In this document: piece after piece, positions 28,062-39,530 of the stretch
Position numbering within the stretch: the stretch's first letter is position 1
Layout of the letters: every line of letters begins with the position of its first letter
DNA from: the human T2T-CHM13v2.0 reference genome, Homo sapiens
Reading direction: 5' to 3' (one strand)
Length of the DNA: 64,000 bases
NCBI RefSeq assembly: GCF_009914755.1
Contig: NC_060926.1
Translations under genes and position numbers: made by a program
The notes under the pieces: model-generated
Databases searched by the model: none
The model's input: the letters and a program-made list of their open reading frames with translations, nothing else
Told to the model about the DNA's origin: nothing

Positions 28062-28334
28062 GCAAGGACAAAAAACCAAACACTGCATGTTCTCACTCAT
28101 AGGTGGGAATTGAACAATGAGAACACATGGACACAGGAAGGGGAACATCACACTCTGGGTACTGTTGCGGGGTGGGGGGAGTGGGGAGGGATAGCATTAG
28201 GAGATACACCTAATGCTAAATGACGAGTTAATGGGTGCAGCACACCAGCATGGCACATGTATACATATGTAACTAACCTGCACATTGTGCACATGTACCC
28301 TAAAACTTAAAGTATAATAATAATAAAATAAAAA
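28062..28334 (+). mobile_element. Young, heavily 5'-truncated L1 (L1PA3/L1PA2-like 3'UTR)
   Basis: near-consensus 3'UTR (gctaaatgacgagttaatgggtgcagcacaccagcatgg, gtaactaacctgcac, accctaaaacttaaag); exact 14-bp TSD aagatacacacatc at 28048-28061 and 28335-28348; tttt/aag endonuclease site. Confidence 0.95.
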
Positions 28335-28936
28335 AAGATACACACATCCACCATTGTCATGTAGCTTTCAAATAATGCAAAGAACTAACTTACTATTTAC
28401 TTGCCATTGCCTCTGATTCATTTTCCTCAGTAGGTAATACCACTCCTACCGTAAGTATATGTAAGAAATGCTAGATTACGATAGTCAAAAATAACTTTGC
28501 TTAGTTAAAGACTTTATCTTCATTTTCAAAATGTGCGGCTTTTCCTCAAAGATTGATTGCATGTTGTGATTTATTTCCTGGTGCTCAAAAAGATTCAAAG
28601 AACTTTAAATCTCTAAACATATTTTTGAATATACCATCAATTTAATATCTGTGGCTAATACAAACCTCATTTTGTTCAAACAAAGGTTACTGTACATAGT
28701 ATCTGAAATGACTTGATATATTTTCCATTCTTTCATTAAGTAACTAATCTTCAGGTTAAAAAATGTTCTTTTAAATGAGATAAACCTCAGTTAATATTTT
28801 AGAAGGCAAATTGTTGTTATGATTATTGATTCTTTCCTTGTTTTATGTGGAAACAAATTAGAGATGCTCAAAATTCTCATTTTTTAAATTTCAGGAGAAT
28901 GTGTACATAATTAAATATATTTCTGTGTAAATGCAA

Positions 28937-28955
28937 TAGCACCCTCTGGAGGTCT
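28937..28955 (-). promoter_or_regulatory. Candidate CTCF core motif
   Basis: minus strand agaCCTCCAGAGGGTGCTA versus consensus CCACCAGRGGGCGCTA; motif match only. Confidence 0.35.
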
Positions 28956-29753
28956 GAAACACTTTGCATAACTTCCATAAATCAATGTCTTCTTTTGTTA
29001 TCTCCACATATTTTTGTTGGCTTAGACTTTTAATATTTTACATTCTGATAATCATATTTGTCTCATAAAGTGATTAAATACATTTAATCTATTATTACTT
29101 TCTATTTATTATGCATTCATTGTGATTTGTGTGTCATCTCATTTGTAATGCTGCAATGTAATAACAAAATAAACAATTCAGCTGACCTTGGTGATGTCTC
29201 TATAACGTTCCTATTTTTTATCATGCAAAAATATTTTCCAAACAAGAAATAACAAGTTACATTTCCGAAATCCCTTAGTATCTGGTTATATGTAGACAAC
29301 AGGAAACTAATTTTACCTCCTTTGAAGATTCCTCATGAAAACAGTTACTTTCATTCTTCATGCCCCTGATGAACAAACACAGCTGTGGTTTTTCTGTGGT
29401 TTTGAAGCTAATTTATCAGAGATGGGAGAATTTGAAAAGGAGCAGAGGTCAGAAAACATCGGAAAAAATATCTTGAGTCACTGGAACACATTCAAGGACC
29501 AAAGTGACTTCTATTGTGCCATAATAATATAAATAAATGATCCCATAATCATTTGCCTCTCTGCAACAGCTCTGCATACAAAGGTCTTTTTGAAGTTCAG
29601 GGAGATCCAAACAGAGCTGTTCATCTACTATAAAAAAAGGGGATGAGCATATGACTAATATTGGGTAAGAGGAAATAATGTCATTTGATTCTGAATGAAG
29701 CCAAGGCTGCCCTCTCCCTGAAGGTTGTTCAAGAGAACACAGCTAGTTTGTGA

Positions 29754-30050
<297 letters not shown>

Positions 30051-30789
30051 ACATGACATGCAGTTGAGCTGTCCTCTGGGAAGACTGGTCTCCATTGGCT
30101 CTAATCAGAGGAGGCAGGGGATCTACCAAATACTGTTCCCCCAAAGGTAAATGACAGTGAGGATGTCATACAGGGTCTTCCAAACTGTTGCATGAAAAAG
30201 TAACAAACACACAACCAAAAGGAATTATAACTCTAATCTCAAGCACTTGAACGTACTCTAACGTGTATATACAAAGATAAATATAAAAAATAATGATAAT
30301 ATTTAAACAAACTAAAATGCACTGGAAAATATTAACACTAAAATGACTATATATCTAATAGGAAATAGGAAAAAGTCAAGATTGGAGGTGCTAGAATTGC
30401 TTCAGTCATTCTTTTCCCAGTATTCTGTTCCTTCTCTCCATCCTTCTGCTCGCTCACCTTAATTATACCTAAATCGTCAGAAGATTCAGGTCAGAACTCT
30501 GCCAGCAAAACTGTGCATTTTAACTATTTTAATCATTATAAAAATGAAAGATTTGTATGCCACATCATTTGGATTTTGACTGGCTTTCCTGAGTTCATCC
30601 AGCTGTAGGAATATGGGTAAGTTTCATAAGCTGTCTGTGCTTTGGTTTACAAAAAGTGGAGAGGAGACTTACATGAAGAGATGCTTGCAAAGCATTTGGT
30701 CATGTCTAGTGCATAAAAAAGGCTGGTTTTCATATGATTTTAATTATTTAACTGATATTATATATATCATATAAATGATATTTAAATAA

Positions 30790-31050
30790 TTATTTATTTA
30801 TTTAACATTTTCCCAGCATCTAGTGCACTATTCAAAACTCGTTATAAATATTAACCAATTTACTCTTCCTAACAACCCTATGAGGTAGATAGTGTATCCT
30901 TAGCATCATCATCATCATGTTACCAGATAAATCTGAGACACAAGTTAAGAAACTTTCCCAGGGTCACACAGCTAATAAGTACTAGAGCAACAGTTGAATT
31001 GCAGGCCGTCTGGATACAGAGTCTATTCTATGCATTTAGCTACAAGGTGG
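30790..31050 (-). mobile_element. MIR
   Basis: cctaacaaccctatgaggtag...ctgagacacaagttaagaaactttcccagggtcacacagctaataagt. Confidence 0.75.
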
Positions 31051-31734
31051 TTCTGCCAAGGGGCTACTGCTGCTATCACTGTTGTTCAATAAAATTGTCA
31101 TATAGCATTCTATTTCCAAATTTGCCAAATAAAGCTATATCACAAGATAGTGATGATAACTTTACCTGTGGATGTTAATACAATGATGTGATTGAGATGT
31201 CAGTATAAATGAAATTTGTCTGAGAAATAATGACTTTCACAGTCATAAAAACATAAACCATCTTGGAGCTTTTTAACTTGTCCTTAATATTTCTTTACAC
31301 TCTTCCTCCTTTTGGTGGCCATTAATTTCTGAATTATTCTTCCCATTAGCCTCCAGCTTTAAAGTAGAAACTGGGACTAAAATGAGAAAAATAAACAAAG
31401 TCCATTGACCCCTCTTGTATCCATTGTACCCAGCATTTTGATTCTGCATAAGTCCTGGCAATACGCCATCACAGTGCTGTGGTTTCTCCATCAGAATCAT
31501 TCCCAGCGATTCTCAGAGACAAAGGCTGAAATTGTAGAGTGGCCCATTCTTCAAAGACCAGTAGGCTTATTTTGACTGACATTTGTGCTTTCTGAGTTAT
31601 GGAAGAGCAATGGCAAGTGCTATGAATGTGCCTGGGAGTTTTGATGTTGTGTTTAACCAGATTCTCTTTGTAAAAGATTCATTGCTTAGCCTAGTGCTAA
31701 GACGTGAAAAGGCATTTGTCCACATTCTTCTTAA

Positions 31735-32030
31735 TCATTGAATCTCAAACTCAAGTATGCATCAGAATTTCCCCAGAGATTCTGATTCAGAAGGTCTAGA
31801 TGAGGGCCTAGAGGGTTCTGAATTTTCAGGTGATTCTGACGCAGGTGGCCCAAGGACTGTACTTAAAGAAACCTTTTAGGACCAGCAGTCCTAGGAAGCC
31901 AGAGACGGGATGGTCCAGAGTCTCCTGGGAGCTATTGCAAATCCATATGCCTGAATGCCACACCAAACTCAAAGAATCAGGAGCTCTGGAGGAAGAAGAC
32001 CTGAATATGTGTTTCTGGAAAGAACTGCTG
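31735..32030. mobile_element. MER5A/MER5B-like hAT-Charlie MITE fragments (two adjacent)
   Basis: tctcaaact...tgcatcagaat, ccccagagattctgattcagaaggtctag, caggtgattctgacgcaggtgg; second piece cagagtctcctgggagctattgcaaat. Confidence 0.65.
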
Positions 32031-33429
32031 AAGTTTTCTGCAACACTCCCTGACCTTGCTGTGTTCTGGAATTGTGATTTGACGGCTGTGTTGGGTGAAA
32101 CCCCAGGAATTCAGGCCTTTTGTATGGCCAAATCGGTAGGGGCCTCCTTTTAGCCCTCTTACTAAAGCTCGACTCATATTGCTTTTTTAAAAAATGGGAC
32201 TCCAAATAATGCTTGTTTGTTTGTTTTTGGTATACTGAGGAGAGAGCATTCTGGGGAAAAAATAGAAAAAGGAAGAAAAATTATTTTAAAACCACAACCG
32301 TAGAATTAATATCAGAGATTTCACTAAGGCCATATAGTTAATTTTGATCATTTTGAACCAGCTTTGTATCCAGTTTCATTTCCCCTTTCTCCTACAAAAG
32401 GTGTGATATTGAGGGAGTGTCTTGAATCATGAGAATCTCTGAATCTAAATGTTAACAAGTGATATTAATAAACTTAATTTTATTGTCACCTAAAATTCAA
32501 AAAGTCACACATTTCATTTTATTATTATCTAAAGATAATGCTACAGAAATAATCATAAAAAAACAATAAATTGACAGTTAAATCCATAAATTAGTTACAA
32601 CTGATTTTTCACAAGCTTTCCACTTCCACTCAGCTATCAGCACCAAGAAAAAGGCTGATTTATTCTCTGTATGCTTCATAATGAGCGCATGGACTGAATG
32701 AACTGAGTGTTCTATTTATTCCTGGTTACAAACTGGCAAGGTTGCCATTGGACCAAGAAAAATGTTTCTAGTGTTATTATTAATGTCTGTTAAGAACCCA
32801 GAGTCTGGATTGTGCCCATAAAATTTATAATACAAAACTTATAGTCTGTCAAACACTGAAAGTCAAAAACTAAAAACAGGAAACGAACTAAATGTAAAAA
32901 CGTAGGTGGACTAAGAATAAGCATTAACTACTCGCTAGAAAGATTTTTTTTCTTATTTAAAAAAATATTTTTGTTCTAATAGGGCCATCTTAAGGTTCAA
33001 AATCAACTAATTAAAATGATTTGTACAGAAAATGCTTATACTCACAATTTCTGATTTTGCTGCACGTGGAAGCGGGTGATAACCAATGAAGTGACTAAAT
33101 AAGTTTAAAAGTTATTTAGATCACAACTTTGACCCATTCTGCTCATCAGATTTGTCTTTAACAGAGCCTCCAGGCGGCAAACATGACCTATATACACTTT
33201 ATTCTTTTCTCTCTTGCTAAGCAGTCGAAAAAATCCCAGGGAGATAGCTCAAAGTTAAACTCAAGATGGAGAAGAAATATTGTAATATGTATTGTGGCTG
33301 AGGAAAAAAAAGTTTAAAAAACATTTTCAATATTATCTTTGCACAATCATCTATTTAACAAACATTGAGTACCTTCCACTCCTAGGCACTGGGGATGTAA
33401 AAATGAGGCCATTGTTTGTCATCTAGGAG

Positions 33430-33691
33430 AGAGGTTTCAGTCCCATAGTAGTGGCCCATTACTGAGCTGTGAAATCAATACAATAGGTTGTGACCACCAT
33501 TTTTTTTTTCAAAAACAGATCAGAGTAGAAAATATTAAAGCATGCCACTCATAATAAGGGAATATATTATTTCTCGGAGCTGTGTTTCAGTCTGTATCTG
33601 TGTAAATGTGAGCACGTGTGTGTGTGTTCCAGATCACAATGTAAAAATGCATTTTAATGATAGCTGCATTAAAAAAGTTTGAAAGCGTCTG
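33430..33691. mobile_element. MER112-like hAT-Charlie MITE
   Basis: gtgaaatcaat...ggttgtgaccaccatttttt...tagaaaatattaaag...aaaaaagtttgaaagc. Confidence 0.6.
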
Positions 33692-33708
33692 TTAAAGAGT
33701 CTACCAGA

Positions 33709-33816
33709 CATGAGAATCGCTTGAACCAGGGAGCCGGAGGTTGCAGTAAGCAGAAATCACGCCACTGCACTCCAGCCTGGGGGACAGAGCAAGACTCCAT
33801 TCCCCTCACCCCAAAA
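33709..33816 (+). mobile_element. 5'-truncated Alu (~105 bp of the right arm)
   Basis: catgagaatcgcttgaacc...agagcaagactccat; 15-bp TSD aaagagtctaccaga (33694-33708) / aaatagtctgccaga (33817-33831). Confidence 0.9.
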
Positions 33817-35189
33817 AAATAGTCTGCCAGAGAAGTAGACAATTAAATATAGAATTAAAACAAAATGTGACAGGTGTTTTTTTTAGAGATGTGGAAAAGT
33901 AACCCTAAAATCTAAAGAGAAAGAGTGGCTACCTCTGCCAGGAGTGGAAATGACCACCGAGGGACAGTCTTGATATTCAAACTAGGACCAAAATGATGAA
34001 ATTTGAGATAGAGAGGGAGACTTGACAGGACATTCCAGGCAGAAGGAACCAACTGTGTGGGGAGTTCTGAAAGGGAGCACTGTGTTTACACAGGGGTGAG
34101 AATGTGGGGGTGGGGAGGATAAGATTTATGGGGGCAATGCGAGGGGAATGGCATGTGATAAAGACAGAGAAGTGCATATGCAACAAGCTTGTCACTGAGG
34201 AGAAGAATGACAATGATGGGCATAGTTTGCTTTGCTTTGTTTTCTTATTTTTGAGAAAGTAACATTGTCACCAAGACTGCCTGGAAGAGAAAGAGAGACA
34301 AGTGAGAAGATTCTTGCCATCATTCAGGCTAATGTTGATGATAATTGAGCATAGTAAAGGTGGAGAGGAGGAGATGCCACATTTGGAAAGCAATTCTAAC
34401 AGAATCCACATGATTTCAAGTCTAATTATGCATATATTCTGAGTTATCAATGATTCAAGTGGTCCTATTATTGCAAGACTACAAAGACAACAGCATCAGA
34501 AGGTAAGAGAGACGTCTATTTTTCCCCTTTGATAATATCATTTTATTTTCAATAATGAGCAATTGCATACCTTTTTTAAACCTTCATTTTTAATCTGCTA
34601 AATGGAGATGCATGTAATACAATTTAAAAGCCTTCAATAAAAGTTTCTTTTTAACTTTGTACTCTTTTGAACAGACTATGTTTTATCATTACATAATTCT
34701 GCATTATAAAACCACATGGTTGCTGGTGCCATCCACCAGCAACTGTAATTCAAATGTTTCACTTCTTAAACCAAAGGCATTAATATGATTAGCCCAAAGA
34801 TATCAGAGAAATAACATACTAATCATTTTTATTTAAAGTTGAATTTAATGAAATACATTGAATTAAGGTTTTATATAGCACAAACTAGGTAAGGGAGAAA
34901 ATAAGCCATGTTGGTCATATCATCAAAATAATAGGAAAGTTCTGTTTCTCTTCTAACCTTGTTCATACCCAGACACATAAGCCTGTAAACATTATCTCCT
35001 TATCCTGCCATAATAAGAAGGCATCCTTATGACACATTTCAAACTTTCTATCTGGGCATCACAGAATCATTTGCTCCCCAAAGAAAGGCATCCACTTCAC
35101 AGGAAAATGCAAATAAAAGCAAGTCAACTCAAGCTTTGGGGATTCCCTAGAGTGCAAGGCTTGTGGCCCAAACACCTGTTTAGTTGCCT

Positions 35190-35953
35190 TGACAAAAACC
35201 ACATGATTATCTCAATCGATGCAGGAAAGGCCTCCAATAAAGTTCAACACCCCTTTGTGCTAAAAACTCTCAATAAACTAGGTACTGATGGAACGAATCT
35301 AAAAATAATAAGAGCTATTTATGACAAACCCACAGCCAATATCATACTGAATGGGCAAAAGCTGCAAGCATTCCATCTGAAAACTGGCACAAGACAAGGA
35401 TGCCCTCTCTCACCACTCCTATTCAACATAGTATTGGAAGTTCTGGCCACGGAAATCAGGCAAGAGAAAGAAATAAAGTGTATTCAAATAGGAAGTCAAA
35501 TTGTCTCTGTTTGCAGATGACATGATTATATATTTAGAAAACCCCATCTTCTCAGCTCAAAATCTCCTTAAGCTGATAAGCAACTTCAGCAAAGTCTCAG
35601 GATACAAAATCAATGTGCAAAAATCACAAGCATTCCTATACACCAATAATAGAGAAACAGACAGCCAAATCATGAGTAAACTCCCATTCACAAGTGCCAC
35701 AAAGAGAATAAAATACCTAGGAATCCAACTTACAAGGGATGTGAAGGACCTCTTCAAGGAGAACTACAAACCACTGCTCAAGGAAATAAGAGAGGACACA
35801 AACAAATGGGAAAACATTCCATGCTCATGGATAGGAAAAATCAATATTGTGAAAATGGCCATACTGCCCAAAGTAATTTATAGATTCAGTGCTGTCTCCA
35901 TCAAGCTACCATGGACGTTTCTTAGAATTAGAAAAAAAACACCTTCCATATGA
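35190..35953 (+). mobile_element. Internal L1PA ORF2 fragment (RT domain), truncated at both ends
   Basis: ORF track: NHMIISIDA...[29 protein letters not shown]...[14 protein letters not shown]; no 3'UTR or poly-A tail. Confidence 0.92.
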
Positions 35954-36134
35954 AAGTATAAATAACCACTCTTAGCTGTTTTTCTTAGGATTGTAAAAAT
36001 TCACATTAAGATAACTTCCAAGTTATTTTTTAATTGAGTACATTATGGCCAAATTATGCCACATGTGTTATGCCAGATGTGTAATGCCATGTAAATGGAA
36101 CAATGTGGGGATTCCCTATTTCTCTGTAGTAAGA

Positions 36135-36335
36135 GCCAGTCAAGGAATGTGGTTTGGAGAAGTCAAAGAGTGCTGACTAAGAATTTGAAGACTTGGATTC
36201 TAGGTTTTGTTCTTTCTCCAGCTGACAGGTGTATGACTGTTCATTCTTCCTTACAGTTTGTTCACTCTAAGGGTGGTGGTGGGGGGGTAGATTAGATGGA
36301 TGGTAAGATTTCTTCTAGCTCCAAAATTCACTAAT
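36135..36335 (+). mobile_element. MIR3-like SINE
   Basis: aagagtgctgactaagaatttgaagacttggattctagg...tagatggatggtaagatttcttctagctccaaaattc. Confidence 0.6.
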
Positions 36336-37687
36336 TTTGTGAACAGCTTATAAAATGAGAGAGAAGGGAAAGTGCCTTCAGCCCCCTATCCTGGTGATTG
36401 GGTCCATATGAATTGGAAATAAAACAGACAAATCATGAAGAATGTGAGTTTGGGCACTACCCACAGAGATCACAGGTGGAGAGGAAAGACAATGATAGTT
36501 ATTAGGCTTGAAAACAATTTGTAAATGCCTCTAAAAATAGTGAATTGTGTCCTGTTCTCTGTAAAATGCCTTCTCTTGTTCACCACAAAGTGAAAATTTT
36601 ATAGTTTCACATGACTAGCCTAAGAATTATTAATAGTACTTATTTGTTCACTATTCTGCATGTAGGTGGGGAATAAGAAACAAAATAAAGACTTGTTCTC
36701 TCATGTTTTCCATATCTAGGATATTTCCATATCTAGGATTTCTTAAACTTCTGAGAACCATTAGTTCATGTAAAGAGACATTGTCTTTGAGTAAGTTTAT
36801 GGCCTTGTCTTCATAAAAGAGTTTAAAATTGCACATCTGGTAATGAACTATGATTGTGGGTATTTGCCAAGCTTCTCCCAGAGGGTAAATCTACTCTCAT
36901 TGAAGTGTAAGACTGAGTTCCTCTATTGAAACACTTTGATTTGAATTTGAATCTTGGGGAATTTATCCTTTTTCTAGGTTTTCAGTTCTGGAAAATCTAT
37001 GCAAAATAGAAGTTAGCAGATGGATCAAGAAACCCACAGAACAATGTTTGTGTTGAAGAATTCTCAGCAAGTGCCCTGTGAGAGTGCTCCCATCTGGAAA
37101 GGACTGCAGCTGTCTTTTGGCATGAACTAGATGGGTGTTTGTAACAGGTTCATGTCAACTCTTTTATAGAAAATCAACTCCTAAAATCATTGTAAAATTA
37201 AAGAGTTATTTTTATGAATTTCTCCATCCTGTATTAATTCAGGCACCTAACTCCATTTTGAATTTAAAGTGGCCTTGGCCATTTTGTCAATTATCATCTT
37301 TGCCTTGGTAGATGAAGAAACACATTCTGCTGGTCAGAGAGTGAGGCTGGTTAGAGTGGACCTGCCAAAAGGTGAGTATGATCAACTGACTTTAAATATG
37401 TGCTCTTCTTTGATGGAATTTTATGTCAACATGGTTCTCAGGATGAGTGGCTTTCTAGTTGAATACAAAAGCCTAGAAACAATGCATACACATTCAATAT
37501 GTGCTATTATTATTTATATGTCTAGGAGGAGAAATATCTGTTCAATATTCAATGCTTCTAACACCTAACTCATACTACCTACCTGGTATATGTTTCATGC
37601 TTACACCATGTTAACTGTTTTATTTCCAGGGAATTTGGTCCTTTCATTTAATTCTGGCTTTTACCAGCATTGTCAACTATCAGCTTT

Positions 37688-37738
37688 GTTAAGTAACCAC
37701 GTGTGGCTAGTGGCTACCATATTAGACACTATAGATCT
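37688..37738. mobile_element. MER3/MER33-like hAT terminal fragment
   Basis: agtaaccacgtgtggctagtggctaccatattagacact. Confidence 0.6.
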
Positions 37739-39427
37739 ATACTTTGACATTCAAATCATTCCCAGATTTTTGGCTAGTGGCCACCCACATCCTGAAATCC
37801 AAGCAAATTGTTCCCGACAATCTGCTATTCTTTGCCTGCTGGAAGTGCCCTTTCTGTCTTATGAAGTATAACTCAATGTCAAAGAGGTTTATGTAACATT
37901 TAGACTTGTATTACAAGAAATTAATCTTAACATGAAAAATATTTTGATTACAGAGTATGCTTTGTCAGTGATTGACTAATTCATTTATCCATATAATAAT
38001 GCCATCATTTACTTCTATTTATATTCTTGAGCTGTAACAGAAAGTTTCTATTTGTGCTATGCTAGTAGGTGGATTACATGGTTATCATAATCTTTCCACC
38101 TGTCTTACTAGGCTCTCTGGAAATAACAAACTCTTACTTTCTTTGTTAATGATTCTCCCTCAAAATCACTTTCCTCATAAAGAACCAAAATTTTGGGATG
38201 ATGTGATGATGTTATCTATAGGGAATTCTACTCTTCCCCTACCCTACACCTCTGCCCCCACCTCATTGATATAAAGGGAATAAAATCCTTATTTTCATCA
38301 TGTCTTCATGAACATTTACTTTTGGAAGAGAAGAGACATATGTAACTCCTTTACAGATACATAATAGTAGCACATAAATAGTATAATCATTATTAGAAAA
38401 GAGTTAACACTTTATTTCAATTACCTTGGGCTACTGTTAAAACAAGATAATACACTGTTGCAAGTGAAAATCCTTGCCCATCCTCATACTCACAGAAGGA
38501 GAGAAAAGTAAAACAATATAACCTTTCATAATTTTACACAACATTTTTTTATTTGGTGAAAGGGGATCAGGCTGATATCCTACAGAACCCACACTCTAGC
38601 CCTTGGTTATATTGTTTTATATTGTTCTTCCTTTTCCCTGTCTCTGTATGTAAAAAATGAATTGAGGACAATAATGATGATCTTCTAATCTATTATTTTT
38701 CCACATTAACAGGATAAGTGATACATATGCAATAGAGTAATAAAATTCCATATGTTGATTTCTATGTTGACAAAGAACCCTATGGTGGTGAAAGTCCAGA
38801 ACAAGTTTATTAGTAAAACAATTAGTCGACACTTATTTATTGTCTACTCTGTACTCTGAATTAACGCATATATAAAATAAGTATAAAATAGGATGATGGC
38901 ACTCAATAACTCCATGTGGTTTATAAAACTAAGAGTATTGCTCAAGAGGCTATTGCAGACAGAAACAATGTGGAATTCTTTGCTTCATTTATGTAGAGAA
39001 TCTATAAGCATTTTAAGCTTTAAGGCTGTAGGACTTCTGACAATCAGTGATGGCAGAAGTAAACAAGGAAAGATTATGAAGGAGGTGGCACCTCAGTTGT
39101 GACTTGATAAGCAAATAAAATTCGGTGAGAATTCTGGGAGGGCAGATGACATTCTAGGGAGAGAGTTACTAGATATAAGTGGGAACGATCCTGGAAAAAG
39201 ACAGTAGTGGTAGAATGGAGAGGTTGGCATGAACCTTAAAATCCTGAAAATCTTAAAACCTATCTTAAAAGGAAAAATAGAAAATAAGCTCCAGCTACAC
39301 ATGCAACATACATGCAACAGAGAATCTTTGTTCTTGATTCAATAACATATTTTAACAAGAATTAAGTCTTAAGATTTTCTTCTGATCACCAGAAGTTCAT
39401 GAAAATACCAGTTGGTGTTAATAAATT

Positions 39428-39530
39428 TTCCTCACCCCCTTCTTCCTTCCTTTCCTCCTTTTTCTCCTCCTCCTCCTTCTCTTTCTTGCTTATCTTTTGC
39501 TTTTTTTATTTCTTCTTTTATTTATATTTT
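39428..39530. repeat. CT/T-rich low-complexity tract
   Basis: tcttccttcctttcctcctttttctcctcctcctcc... Confidence 0.75.

Larger units (their letters stand above)
33345..34450 (-). mobile_element. L2 remnant hosting a hAT MITE and a truncated Alu
   Basis: atttaacaaacattgagtacc...ctaggcactggggat; gacattccaggcagaaggaaccaactgtg. Confidence 0.6.

Noticed and set aside
35029-35953. RT-containing ORFs as a novel reverse-transcriptase system
   Set aside because: Ordinary L1PA ORF2 sequence with a frameshift; no partner genes, ncRNA or array seen
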